Shown here piece after piece: positions 13,101 to 26,269 of a DNA stretch of 64,000 nucleotides. The position numbers were made by a program, and so were the translations under genes. Where the stretch lies: assembly GCA_951406725.2 (NCBI GenBank), contig OX597818.1:106392001-106456000 (forward strand), read 5' to 3'. This DNA is from Octopus vulgaris. Lineage: Eukaryota. Every line of letters starts with the position of its first letter. Position 1 is the first letter of the stretch. Under the pieces are notes generated by a model. That model was not told where the DNA came from. It worked only from the letters and a program-made list of their open reading frames with translations, and ran no database searches.

Positions 13101-13719
13101 TAGCTCACATTTAAATCCTATGTTTAATAAACATTTATCTCTTCTTTTGTTGATCCCACCAATAATGGAACAGTATGGATGTACCTACATTTATGTAGTG
13201 TACCATTTTCAAATACTAATTTCATTTTATGCTTAACTTTTACTTTTTCCTATTATTTTAGCTTATTTTAGGTTTTGAAATTAAAAATAGAACAAAATGT
13301 AATGATTTTTTTATTGTATGAGTTTAAAGCAATGGAAACACCTGAAATATCAATCAAAAATTTACTCATTAGTCCATCAACAACTTTTCTGTTCAACATT
13401 GGTTTCAAAAACTTTATAGGGGAGACCAATTCTCAAGAGCTATTAAGGGACTGCTACTGAAGCAAAATCATACAAAACAATTTGAGAGGTTTCAGAAGGA
13501 TTAATCTTTGCTTCATAGGGGAAAATCAAAACTCATTAAATGGATTCTGGAAGAAATGAATAAAGGTAAAAAAAACTCCTTTGGTGATGTTGCATCTTTT
13601 GCACAATAAATACAATCCATTTTCAAATTTCACTGTGACATGTGCCAAAAGAAAAGAGGGCAGGGGGGTTTCTGTATGGTAAATGATAATGCTCCATGCA
13701 GTGGCTGGTCTGAAGTAAA

Positions 13720-14310
13720 GAACCAAAATACTTTCCCATATTGAAGCTGGATCAAAGGAAGGTTATTACAATTTTTGTAGGGTGGGGGCAGTAAATGGAA
13801 TCAACCATTAATATTTCTCGAGTCCTTGCAAAACCAACAGAGAGGTATTGCCATAAAATTGGCAAACTGCACCAAAAACTGCATCAGTTACATCTGGCAT
13901 TGATCAATTGAAAAGGACCAATTCTTTTTCACGACAAGAATTGACCATATGTTTCACAAATGCCTCCACAGAAATTGAATGAATTGAGTTACAAACTCAT
14001 GCTCAATTAATTCTCTACATTTTTCTCCTCCAGACTTCTGCATCTTCAAGCATCTTAATGCAAAAGATAACTTAATTCAAAAGATCTTCAACAACAAGGC
14101 ACTAGCATCATATGCCATCAAAGACTTAATTTGTTCCATGAATCTAGGATTGTATGCCATCGGAATATACATTTGCTTCATGTTAGCAAAAATGTGTAAA
14201 TTCTAATGATTGTTTTGAGTAATAAAATTTATTGAGCTGACATATACCATATGTACTCATGTATATTTTACAGCAAAACCACATTTTTCTATCTCCCAAA
14301 AAGCCTGATA
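13720..14310 (+). mobile_element. mariner transposase C-terminal half (Hsmar1/SETMAR-like), decayed
   Basis: Translates to YCHKIGKLHQKLHQLHLALIN*KGPILFHDKN*PYVSQMPPQKLNELSY..PDFCIFKHL, matching the ILLHDNARPH and YSPDL regions. Confidence 0.8.
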
Positions 14311-14586
14311 CACATTATACATAAGTTTGCACATTATATGCAGGTACAAAAATCTAAATGTTATTGAATTGAGTTTAGTAATTACAAAAGTTCTTAAACA
14401 AACTTTTCTTCTTAACTTCTGAATGCTGATTATAGTTTTACTTAAATTTGAACTGTTAGGGAGAACTTTGTAAGACGTTTTCTATAATAACTGTGCTTTG
14501 TAATTGCTTTTGTTTTTTAAGGAAATCTTTTTGTAACTCCGCACTGATAACATACGTCCACTTTGGTTATTTTTATATTTCAACAG

Positions 14587-14649
<63 letters not shown>

Positions 14650-14799
14650 CTCGCTCTGTGCTTCACCTTACTGTGATTGATTGTGCACAACTTCTTAAAT
14701 ACAGAAAAATCAGATCACACTCATTTTTCATTACACAGATATCATCTCCAGTAATTGTGCTGTGAAGTATAGTAATTTTTATACAAGTGGAGAAAAATT

Positions 14800-15800
14800 T
14801 AAAGTAATTAAAGGGAAAAGAAATTGTGAATCATCCAGCTAATTTATATTCGGTCGTGGTGAAAATAAGTCAAAAATTAAGCACTGCATCTAGAAATTGA
14901 AAAGTATTTAGAGGAAAAGCTGCAGTTTTCCTGAGTTAGAAACAGAAATGAAGAAATATTTTCCTGATTTGAGAGACAGTGGCTGAACTATTTCAAGTGA
15001 AAGGTTGAGCATTTCAAACTTTACAACTAAAGCATAATTTAATTGTTAAATCTCATTCCAAGACAAATTCTCAGTGTTTGTGTCAATATCCTGACAACTT
15101 TATAGAAGAAACATTTAATTCCAATTAATTAATATTGATCTGCAAAAGACAATCTCATATTTACTTCATCGAATTGGGAATTCTGATCAAATGCCAGAGT
15201 GTTTTGAAATGTCAGCTGATAAAACACATGACAGACCTGGAACTAAAGCTGTATGTGTTTGTACAGGTGGCAATGAAAAACAGTTTTGTACAGTAATATT
15301 TGCTTTTAACTATCTGCTTATGTCATATTTGAATGTCAAATGCTAGCAAAAGTGATTAAATTTACAAATAATGCTGTTGTTCAAGTTAATGACAAGGAAT
15401 ATGTAACTATATGTTTGGAGAGTGGATTTGTTTCATTTGGAACGATTATACTTGTTCTTTGCTAAAATCCAAATCAGTGCCTATATTAAATTCTTGTAAT
15501 GAACAGTATGGAGATGATGTTAAAAAATGGACCACAACAGCATACTATAAACTTGTTGCCATTCCTGATGAGCTAAAGACCATTTTACATGTCTGCATCA
15601 ATGGAAAAAATGTTCACAACCTGATTGTGTTGCATTCTGAACATATAGCTAATCACAACCTTGACTTTTCTGCTTTAGGCAAATATCAAAAAGCCTTTAC
15701 TGCAGCAAATTGTATCATAGATAAAGGAAACATAAGACTATTGATTTCGACATGAGAGCTTCACACTTTAAAAGATAGAACGCACTTTTGTGAATCAGAA
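14800..15800 (+). mobile_element. pogo-family (POGK-like) transposase relic
   Basis: VFRGKAAVFPELETEMKKY (CENP-B HTH region) and IGNSDQMPECFEM...GTKAVCVCTGGNEKQFCTVIFA (pogo NxDxT..GxEK..TV motif). Confidence 0.75.
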
Positions 15801-16999
15801 GACAGTGATGATGAAACAAATATAAGTGAACAACCATGGGAAGCAGTATTGATTCAGCATTTGATAACAATGGATCATGTGATGCTATTGATTAAAATAA
15901 ACTTTAGCAACAGTCAAAATCTAAAAACAGAAATGCAAGGGAGATAATTTCAATAATATCAGCTGATTGAAATTTTTGGAAAATAAGGACAAAGCTGTTT
16001 GAATATTGAACTCAAGTGTTTAAAGGCATAATTCAATCTTACAAGGACTCATCACTGAAACATTTACCTGAGTCAATTTAGAAGTGATCAACTGTATATA
16101 AAAACAGAGCTAAGAAAAAATACATAGTAGAAGCCATCATCATCATCACCATTATTGTCTTATGATAATTCTGTTTGTTATTGCATTACTTAGCCTGTTG
16201 GTAATGCTTTCACATTATTAGAGAAAAAGAGGGAGGGAGAAGCATCAACGATGTGAGGTAGAGGGAACATAATTGTAATGCTTTCATGTGATTAAAGGGA
16301 AAAGAGAGAAGAAAAAGGAAAGAGAAAAAGAGGACAATGCAATGAGTGAGACAGAAAGAGGGTGAAAGAGAGAGATAAAAAGACAGAGAGAGAAGCATCC
16401 ATGATGTGAGATAGGAGGAATGTAATAATTTTAGAAGGTGATGTTCTGATGGTGAAGTTGAAGAAAGGCAGAGAAAAAGGGAAGAGAGAGAGTGGGAGGG
16501 AGAGGGAGAGAGAAAAAGGTGGTTGTGGTGGATGTGGGGATTGGATAGTGAAAAGTGTATTATTTTAAATTGAACTAAGTGTTTTTATATCACTTATCAC
16601 TTAACGCATGCGCTTTAGTGCAATTCCGTGAGATACTCATGCTTATTTACATGGCAGACAATTTAACTAAAGGTTGTATCATATGTACAGGATATTTTTG
16701 TTTATGGAAAAAATGGAAAAGTAAGAGTGAATATTATTTTATGAGTGCTGTGTATTAAGTCTATGAAATTGTTCATAAAGTATATTAAGTGTATATATAA
16801 AATGAATTAATCAACAAATTCCAATTTCTTTCACTTTACAATAATGAGCAGATGAGCAACTATCTCCCCATACAGACACAACACAGGCTACACTTTCAGG
16901 TTTTTTGGATGAAGTTTTCAGAAATAACCCAATAGGTTTACCATTAATTCTGTCAAATATTCACGGTTCCCACTAGTTGTATTAATGTATTAATTCTGT

Positions 17000-17186
17000 A
17001 GCATCCCCCAGCTGGATGGGATTCTGGTCCATTGCACAATTGCTCATTTTTGACAGCTGAGAGGAATTGAGCAATGTGGAATTGAGCAAAGTGTTTGCTC
17101 AAGAACACAACACATTGCTCAGTCCAGAAAATGAAACCACAATCTTATGACCATGAGTACAACACCTTAACCACCCAACCACATGC
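17000..17186 (-). mobile_element. decayed tRNA-derived SINE
   Basis: Minus strand: TGGTTGGGTGGTTAAGG (A-box-like), GGTTTCATTTTC (B-box remnant), then TGTTGTGTTCTTGAGCAAACACTT central motif. Confidence 0.6.
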
Positions 17187-18631
17187 ACAAACACACAAAC
17201 ACACAAGAATTTCTCATGTGCAATATGTAAGCTGATATTATTGGAGTCATTTCCTATGTTGTTTTAAAAAGTGCTAAGAATTTTGTAGGAATTTATTTAT
17301 AATATCTCTTCTTTGTAACTCTGCATTACTGAGACATATCTACGTCTGTGGAAGTGGTATCAATAGACATTTCCCATTTCAATAATTTGAAGCATTGCGA
17401 TAGTAAATAGTAAAAAACAACAAAAAACATTGAAAATGTATAAAGAAGAGGCATATTCTCTTGCCCCAAACATGCAAAAGCATCAGCAGTCATTTCCTTT
17501 TGGTATCTTTATAGGGATCCCAATAAAGAAAATGTTCAAGATGGCTTGGCTAGTGTGGGGCGTAAACAAACAAAATATATTTTGTTTATCAACGCTTTAC
17601 ATATGGTAGAATTTCAATAATATCAGCTGATCGAAAATTTTGGAAAATAGGACAAAGCCTTGAAAAAAAAAAAAAATAAATAAAAGGTCTGCCATAGAAA
17701 AATTTTTTTAATTCCTGAACATAAATATAGTAATGACTACAAATTTCATATAGAGATTTTGAATGAGAAATCTGTTTGAACTCCCTCTTATCTGAATGTC
17801 AGTGTTTTTAATGGTAACTTCCTTGGGCTGGTTAAACTTTATCGTATTGGGATCCTATCCTTGAAACCTATGTCAGGAAGGTCAAAGAAAACCATGAAGA
17901 AAGGTTGCCAGCATTTTATTTTCCAACTACTTCAAAAAAAGAACATCTTCCTGTGCATCATGTATTCTAGTTTATATAATAATAGGTTCAGAACAGGGAG
18001 AAAATTACATAGGACAAACAGAAATGCATGACATTGCATGGAGAGCAAATTCGATTTCCCAGTTACTGGTAAATATCGCACAGTGAACTTACAGATATTT
18101 CTGCTGGAAATTATCAACCAACTTCAAGATTCTTTCTATTGTAGTAATGAAATGTTTTAACAACAGCAGATAAATAAGGTGTTTGTATTCCATGAAAAAA
18201 CATTGACCATATTCACATATGCAGATTCAATCTTAATTACATTTATATTCAATCAATTAATCTTAATTATTATATTTACATTTAATTTCTTTTGATTGCA
18301 TGTATATTTATTACTATTATTAACTGTAAAAGTGAATATTCCAAATATTTGATCCTTTGTTAACTGCTAACAACAATATTTTACAACCTCTGTCACGAGA
18401 ACATCTATTTATGAAATTAGAACATCCAACAGCTCATTATGAAATCATAAAAATTATAGCAACATTAATTAAAAAAATCATCAAGTTATATTAAAAAGAA
18501 AGTGAAACCTGTAGATTCATAATATACATAATATTTCATAAAGTTATATCACGAAGATTTCAATGCATTTTCTTGTCTGTTTTCAATATAATTTACCACA
18601 TGAAGAATTCACAGATTTTTATTCAATATAG

Positions 18632-20770
18632 ATCATCATCATCATTCAACATCCATTTTCCATGCTGGCATCGGCTGGACGTTTGATCAGAGGTAGCAAG
18701 CTGCAGAGCTGCACAATGTTCCAGTCAGATTTGGCATGGTTTCTACAGCTGGATGCCCTTCATAACATGCCAACCACTTTACAGAGTGCAGACTGGGTGC
18801 TTTTAATGTGACACTGAACAAGCTCTTTTATTTGGCGCCAGCATTTGTGCTCTTTAGGATGCACTGGCACAGGACACTTGCAGACCAATCCTCTTCACTA
18901 GGGGTGGGGGTGGGGGATAACACTTCCACTGTGGAGTGTGGGTCTTGGTCCTTTGTCATCTCATCTGAAAGGTTCAGTGTCCTGAGGTCATCCTTCAGTA
19001 CTTCATCCCATGTTTTCCTGGGTTTCTCTCTTCCATGTGTTTCATTTACCTTGAGAGATAAGCACTTCTTTATGGAATGCTTTATCAGGATCCATCTGCA
19101 TTACATAACCAGGCCAGTGCATTCTTCTCTGTTACACACAGCATTCAATTCTTGTTATGCACAACTTTTCTCTCAATACACAAACACTCTGTCACACATT
19201 TACACTTATGTTGCACATCTAGTGGAGTATACTAGTCTCATTCCTCTCTAATCTTTGCATGTCCTCTGCATTCCAGGCCCAGATCTCACTACCATGTGGC
19301 ATTGCTGTCCATATACATGCATCATACAATCTTCCTTTCACTTGGGCAGAGAAACCTTTGGTTACCAACAGAGGTACAAGTTCTCTGAATTTCCTCAATC
19401 CTAATCTTATTTTAGCTATTACACTCTCTGGACATCCTACACCACAACTAATTTGGTCCCCCCCAGGTAGCACAAATTATTCATTACCTCCAGTGAACCA
19501 CTGGGGCATTTGAGAAAATCAATTTCCTGAGTTTCTCTAGTTTTTATGGCTCCTGTGCATCTTCCCAATACGAACACTACTTTCTCTGATCATTTTCCTA
19601 TTATTCCACTGCATCTCTTGTGTGTCCATAGTTTACACTTGGTACACCATATGGAGTTCCTATCAACACCTTTCCTATAAATTGAGTAGGGCTGCCTACC
19701 TGAAGTGGGTAGGGTCCTGTCTGTTTTCTTGCTTATAAACACCTTAGTCTTTGCTAAGTTAACCTTAAGGCCCTTAGACGCCAGGTTTTGCTTCCACACT
19801 TGTAATTTCTCTTCTAGCTCTGATATGAGGGCAAGATCATCAACATATAGTAGTTCTCAGGAGCTGCTGGTCTTGAATTTCACTGTTATGGCCTGAAAGA
19901 CAATGATGGAAAAGAGGGGGCTGAGGGATGAGCCTTGAATGCCTACCTATATACCAAATTCTTCGCTGTACTCATGGTTAACTCTCACCTTACTGACAGC
20001 ATTTCTGCACATGACCTGTACTGCCTTTACAGTCTACTCTTATACCCCTCAGAGTCCACTGTATCCTAAAGAGGGGCACTCTGTCAAAGGCTTTCTCTAG
20101 ACCAATGGATGCTAAGTATAATGGTTTATTCTTAGCTAGTACTGCCCTTGCAGTTACCTATGAAAATAGCATTAGTAGAGCCCCTCCCCACAATGAAGCT
20201 AAACTGCAGTTTGTCTAGTCTAATTCTGTTCCTAATTAATTGGGCTATAACTCTCTCCATAATTTTCATCACCTAGACCAGGAGTTTGATGTCACTCTAG
20301 TTGCTTCTATCTAAGTCGTCTCCCTTACCTTTGAAGCAGCTAATTCTATTGCTGCTACACAAGTCCTTGGATAATTATGCCTTCCTGAATAACCTGATTA
20401 ACTATGCGGGTGACTATCCCTACCCTACCAGATATGCGGGTGACTAGCCCTACCCTACCAGATATGCGGGTGACTAGTCCTACCCTACCAGATATGTGGG
20501 TGATTAGCCCTACCCTACCAGATATTTTGAGCATCTCAGCAGTGACTCCAGATCGATCAGGGACTTTCTCTGTTTTCATATCCCTAATTGCCTTATCTAC
20601 CATCCTGCTGTCCACTAGGACAGCTGGTTCCTCTGTTGGGTTCACATGAGGGAGACTCCCTTTATCCCATTCATTCTTCACATTCAATAATCTTGCACGG
20701 TAACTCTTCCGCATCTTTTTCTTGTCTGCATCACTAAATGGAAGCACACCATAATCTGTCCGCACACACT
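18632..20770 (-). mobile_element. RTE LINE, 5'-truncated, decayed RT ORF plus 3' tail
   Basis: AIRDMKTEKVPD, YVDDLAL, WKQNLASKGLKVNLAKTKV, WCTKCKLWTHKRCSGI, VKGRLYDACI..HGSE.W; (TCA)n tail at 18632. Confidence 0.92.
20401..20520. repeat. 30-bp tandem repeat x4 inside RTE ORF
   Basis: GATATGCGGGTGACTAGCCCTACCCTACCA units starting at 20401, 20431, 20461 and 20491. Confidence 0.95.
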
Positions 20771-20837
20771 TTCACAAATATAGAACTAATACTGTACCAG
20801 GGATTTTCTATTTCTTATCCTACATGCACCTGCACAT

Positions 20838-20880
<43 letters not shown>

Positions 20881-21669
20881 CATCACTAAAGTGACGGAGG
20901 GAACTAGTAAGCACCAGCATTGCTTGAAATAAGAGCCCGCCTCACTTGTAAGTAATAAAACTCTAATATTTGAGGGCAAATGATACAAGTACCAATTCGA
21001 AACAGAAAAAGGACCACAGATGTTTTATTTGATGGGTGTCTGCATGTGTTTTGTTTTTTCTAGAAAAACCATGTACTAATGTCTCCTACCGTGTGTGTGT
21101 GCATATGTTTGCATGTGCATGCATATGTGTATGTGTGTGTTTGGGAGTTGGTTTATGAAAGACTGAGGAAGGAAGTCATAGAATGATAAAGGAGGAGTGG
21201 TGAATGGAAATCTTGCACTTAAATTTTCTGACATCCATGAGAGTTAATTGATGTTTACTGTCATTCTCCTTAGAAGTTACACATGTATGTCTAAGTTCAT
21301 TTATGCCAACCATAAACTACTGATGTACTTGTTTCAATATATATGGTTGTATATAATGTTCTTGCATGTGTAGGTAATGTTCCACACAAACTTTAAAGTA
21401 TATGATACATACGCACAGACGTATTTCTCTCTCTTTTTCAGTTTACCTAGAATTTTCTTGCGTAAAAGAGGATAAAATTTTAAAATTATGTAAAAAATAT
21501 ATAAGCTCATACAAAGTATGTGGGCTGAAAATTTAGCTACACAAAAAGTTTACTAAGGAAAGATTAAATCTACCCCTGAATGAAAGGGATTTAGGGAGTG
21601 TTGTCTAATATCAAAGCACAAGTTTTCTCTGATGTATGCAAGGGCTGAAGATCTCCATTTTTAGCATTA

Positions 21670-23205
21670 TGATATAAGGGCAAAACCCCTCCAGATTCTC
21701 TTCCAGAGCTATCTTGCAAATGGCAAACTGCCAAGCAAGCTGAAGGAGGGAATAATATGCCCAATCCATAAAGGGGGATGCAGAGTAAATGCCAAAAACT
21801 ATAGGCCTATCTCTCTGACTTCACACATCAGCAAAGTCATGGAACGTATAGTCAGAGGGAAACTAATCACATTCCTTGAAGAAAACAACTCGCTGTGTGA
21901 TACCCAGCATGGCTTTCGACCATGTAGGGGATACCTGATCCAGCTCTTACAACATTATGACTGGGTGTTAAGGCAGTTACTCAACAACTCAAATGTGGAT
22001 GTAATATAACTTGATTTTGCAAAAGCTTTTGATAAAGTGGATCATGGTATGATATGCCACAAACTGCTTGATCTTGGCATAGCTGGAAAACTTGGAGAGT
22101 GGTTACATAACTTCATGAAAGATAGGAGTCAGGCAGCAGAGGCTAATGGAGCCACCTATATGAACACACAAATAGTGAGTGGTGTTCCACAGGGCACTGT
22201 TTTGGGACCACTGCTTTTTATAGTGGCCCTCTCAGATATGTCCTCAAGTGCCTGGATAGCCACCCTTGCAAGCTATGCAGATGATACAAAAGTCTCACAG
22301 AAAATACAGAACTCCAGCAATGTTGCACACCTGCAACAGGAGTTGGATTCAATTTACAGATGGGCTGAGGATAATAATATGCAGTTTAATGCTGAAAAAT
22401 TCCAAGCCCTGCCCTACCAGCATCCAAAACTGAATACGAAACTTACAGGGTACACTGGTCCACAGGGAATTTCAATCCCAGAGCCTATGTCTGTGAGGGA
22501 GCTGGGTATCGACATGAGTGATGATACCTCTTTCCAAGTGCACATTACCAGGATGGTGACAAAGTGCAGACAACTGGCTGGCTGGATCCTGAGAACATTC
22601 AGAACCAGAGGTAAGGAAACCATGATGGTCCTCTGGCGGACACTCGTCCTCAGTCACCTGGATTACTGCTCAGAGCTATGGTCATCCAACAGTGTGAAAT
22701 TAACAGTGGACCTTGAAGCAATCCAGAGAAGATTAATAAAGAAGATCATCTCTTTGCAACTGCTCAGCTACTGGGAAAGGCTGAAGCAGCTAAGACTCTA
22801 CTTCCTGGAGAGAAGGTGGGAGAGGTATACAGTAATATACATGTGGAAGGAATTGTGCCAAATTTTGGCATCAAAAGCTACACCAATGCCAGAACGGGAC
22901 GACACTGCATAGTGCCAAAGATCCCAGTAATGCACTTCAGGACCAGTTACTGCAACAGCTTTTTAATATTCTCCCAAAGAGCCTGAGGAATCTGTACAAA
23001 GTAGATGTAGGGGTTTTTAAATCATAGCTGGATCTTTTCCTGTCGAGAGTCCCAGATAAACCTAGCTCACGGCAAGAGGTGCAAATGAGGGTAGTTACAT
23101 TAAACTGCATTCTTCACCAAGCGCCACATATTGGAGGAGGCTCTCAGTAATAAGTGTAGCAAAACGGCAGTACATCAGCATGGCTGCAGCTCTGAGCCGA
23201 AAATA
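21670..23205 (+). mobile_element. CR1/Jockey-group LINE, 5'-truncated RT pseudogene
   Basis: ICPIHKGG..NYRPISLTSH, QHGFR, DFAKAFDKVDH, SGVPQGTVLGPLLF, YADDTKV, LDYCS; stops and frameshifts; stem-loop 3' end at ~23165-23203. Confidence 0.92.
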
Positions 23206-23683
23206 CAGAAAATATATATATGTGTGTGTGTGTGTGTGTGTATAACTCATGCACATACACTTGCAAATATACACTTTAAAATTTTAACTGCGTAATCTAT
23301 TTTTTGGGTCACATTGTTTGTAATTATGAGGGTTTCATTTGAGGAGCACTACACTTGATTATACATGTCAGCTGACATGTATGGTTGACTGAAGGACTAA
23401 TTGTATGCAAGTGGGGTTTGCACATGTAATCCTGATTTCTCTCATACATCATATTCTACAAACATCCAAAATGAAATTTTATTGAGAGCTTTTATGTTTT
23501 TCTTCTGCAAAAAATGCAAGAGAGCTTTATGTGTATATACTGTGTTTGTATGTATGTGTATATATATATGTATAGATTAACAATTAAAGAGACATGTTTG
23601 GTATACACACATGAATGTACAAATATACATGTGTATGTATGTTTGTGTGCATGTGACCGTGGACATGTAAATGTATCTATTCA

Positions 23684-23726
<43 letters not shown>

Positions 23727-24486
23727 ATGCAGATGTGTATAGAAAATTTCCCTAAAATGTAATCAATTTATTAGATAGAGTAGAAAATGTCTCTAGGGGG
23801 AATAGCCTTAAGTCTGTTACTCTATTAATAGAGAGTGATAGTCTTAGTGTAATCAGAAAATATTTGTGATTGGTTATTTCTTTTCACAGTCTACTAATTC
23901 CAGCAACTGATAATATCTTTTTAAGCTAAACTGTGAGCGCCACGTCATGCTTGCAGTGTTTATCATTCAATATGATCAAACTTCTATATTTACATTATTA
24001 ACCTGTTCAAACCATTTAAACAAAGCACTTCATCTCATTTATATTTCATTTGTTAGTCTAACGTTTTCCTCCAAACTTTCATATTGTAATTTACCTTTCG
24101 TTTGTACAACTTGCTGTTTTATTCTCACTGAATATTTGATTTGTTCTATGCAAGTCTAACAATAATTTTCATAATATCTACTAGGGTGCTAAATCACAAA
24201 TATTCACCTCGTCAAGTTGTTGACCCAGGAGGAATTAATGTAACAACTTCATATATTCATGTTGTATCCTTCTCTTCGATAGATGCATTTAGAAATATAG
24301 GGTTCTTAAGGTATCATGCTCGAAAGTTAAATTGAAGAAGAAATTCTTAAAACACCAGTGTAGGTTAATCTAGTGACACCTGAGGATATTTAAGTTATTT
24401 AATTATTTACTCTTTTCTCAATGATATCTGTCCCATAAAAAAGTTGAGATTAACTGAAATTTCATTGAACATCATCAACTCTCTCG

Positions 24487-24518
<32 letters not shown>

Positions 24519-24559
24519 CATACACACACACTGTCAGTATGAGTGTGCTCAAAGATTTG

Positions 24560-25200
24560 GTAATGACCAGCACAGTGTTGCTCCAGTGCTTTAATGCTCT
24601 GCTTTCTTTCATTTGTTACATTCTATGTCACAATACCAATCCATATCCTTAATTTTCCAAACACAGGTTATCATCTGAATGCAAATTAAACACATAAAAA
24701 CTGCATTACCTCCATGAACAAAGACTTCTACAACATCATGGAACGGGGTATTGGTCATCTAAAACTAGTTACTTCAAAAGCCTAATGACACAATCACTTG
24801 CACATAAAATTCATGCACTCCCCCCCCCCCTGTTAACTGGAAAACATGCAATAAAACCCCTCAAACACATTACAAATTCTCAGGCTATCACTGCTGATCT
24901 TTCCTGCGAACCCACATAAGATTTACCAAAATTACATTTCAAAGTTTAGCTTGCTTCCTCAAGCAAGAAAATACTTAACCTCTGATTATCTTCTGAGCTT
25001 CTACAAAGCTCACATAAGATCCCCAATCCCATAACAGATGCTGTTCCTGCTGTTATACACCTAAACAGCCATCGAAATGATTGGCAATGGTCCAAAACAG
25101 CCCATTCACTTCTTTCTGACTCTATCAGTTCTACAAATGACTCTGATCATCTGAACTAGATTCTTACCACCTCTAACTCTTTATCCTGTCTACTTGCATA
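24560..25200 (+). mobile_element. old Jockey/I-group LINE 3' remnant
   Basis: ARKYLTSDYLLSFYKAHIRS resembles the LYKAQIRP region; otherwise degenerate. Confidence 0.45.
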
Positions 25201-26269
25201 CTTTGGCAATAAGATGAAAATAAATGTTACTTTTCTCTGAAAACAGAATATTGTATAGAAGTGGATAAGCAAAACTGAAGAAGGGATAAGACATTACAAT
25301 TCTTGATCGGAAGTGTTACAAGAATTTTATGTTAGTAAAAATGAAAGATTGTGTTAGAAGGATGTTCTGTAGATGATAAATTTGTATCCAAGATGTGTAG
25401 GAATCTATCATTCAAGATATAACCAAAACAAAATCAGATCTTAAAAATAATCAGATTCTGTAAAGTGTATGTCAATGTCCATAGCAACTTCAATAAATAC
25501 TTGGCATCTTTCTACATCTCAGAAAAGACCATTTTTCACAATCTTCATAGTAGTACAAATAACAGTCTTTTGTCTAACAACAAAATTAAAATTTAGAAAG
25601 TCAACATGCTATTCTTACTAGTCTAAGCAGATGCCAAAGAATCGATTACCAAAATGAAAGGAGATGATAGAGCAGAATATCAAACAATTATTACAGTTAT
25701 GGTCTTCTAAGAATCTGTAAATTATGGAAAACAGGCACTCATATATGTGTCAACATAGTGGGTATATTAATCTTATACCATAGCATAGATCCATTCCTGA
25801 TGATTTTACAAACAGGTTTTGCACAAAAATTAAGTAATTAGGTGACTGATTACCAAAGGCAATCATCATTTGAGGGGTCTGTATGGAATGAATGGTGACA
25901 GATCTCTGCCACTGGAAGTAAGCAAATGTCATATCTAGTTTGAAGGTGCTGTGAAAAACTGGAATGAGCCCACAGGGGAAACTTTGAAGGGAATTCATCA
26001 AGAGTTATGTCTCTCACTCAAAATGCTTGAGTGAGGGGAAACTGCCAGCAAAGTGAAGTTTGGGCAGAGGTAGTGTGGAAGATGGTTTTGTGTGTAGGGG
26101 TAGGTGAAATGAGTGGACAGGATGGACATCCAGTCTTAAACCCATCAGTGGATATGTATATGCATATGAGTATGCGTTTTTATATGTAAAGTTGGGTATA
26201 TTAAATGCTGTGATAAACTCACAGGCTGTGGTGATAGGAAATACTGTTGTCAAAAGTATTTATAATCAT

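Noticed and set aside
18087-18110. Possible 8-11-nt minus-strand micro-exon (CAG|...|GTAAGT)
   Set aside because: Poor pyrimidine tract; such matches are expected by chance in AT-rich DNA.
22037-22912. 291-aa ORF as a functional reverse transcriptase
   Set aside because: 5'-truncated, upstream stop and downstream frameshift; a LINE relic.
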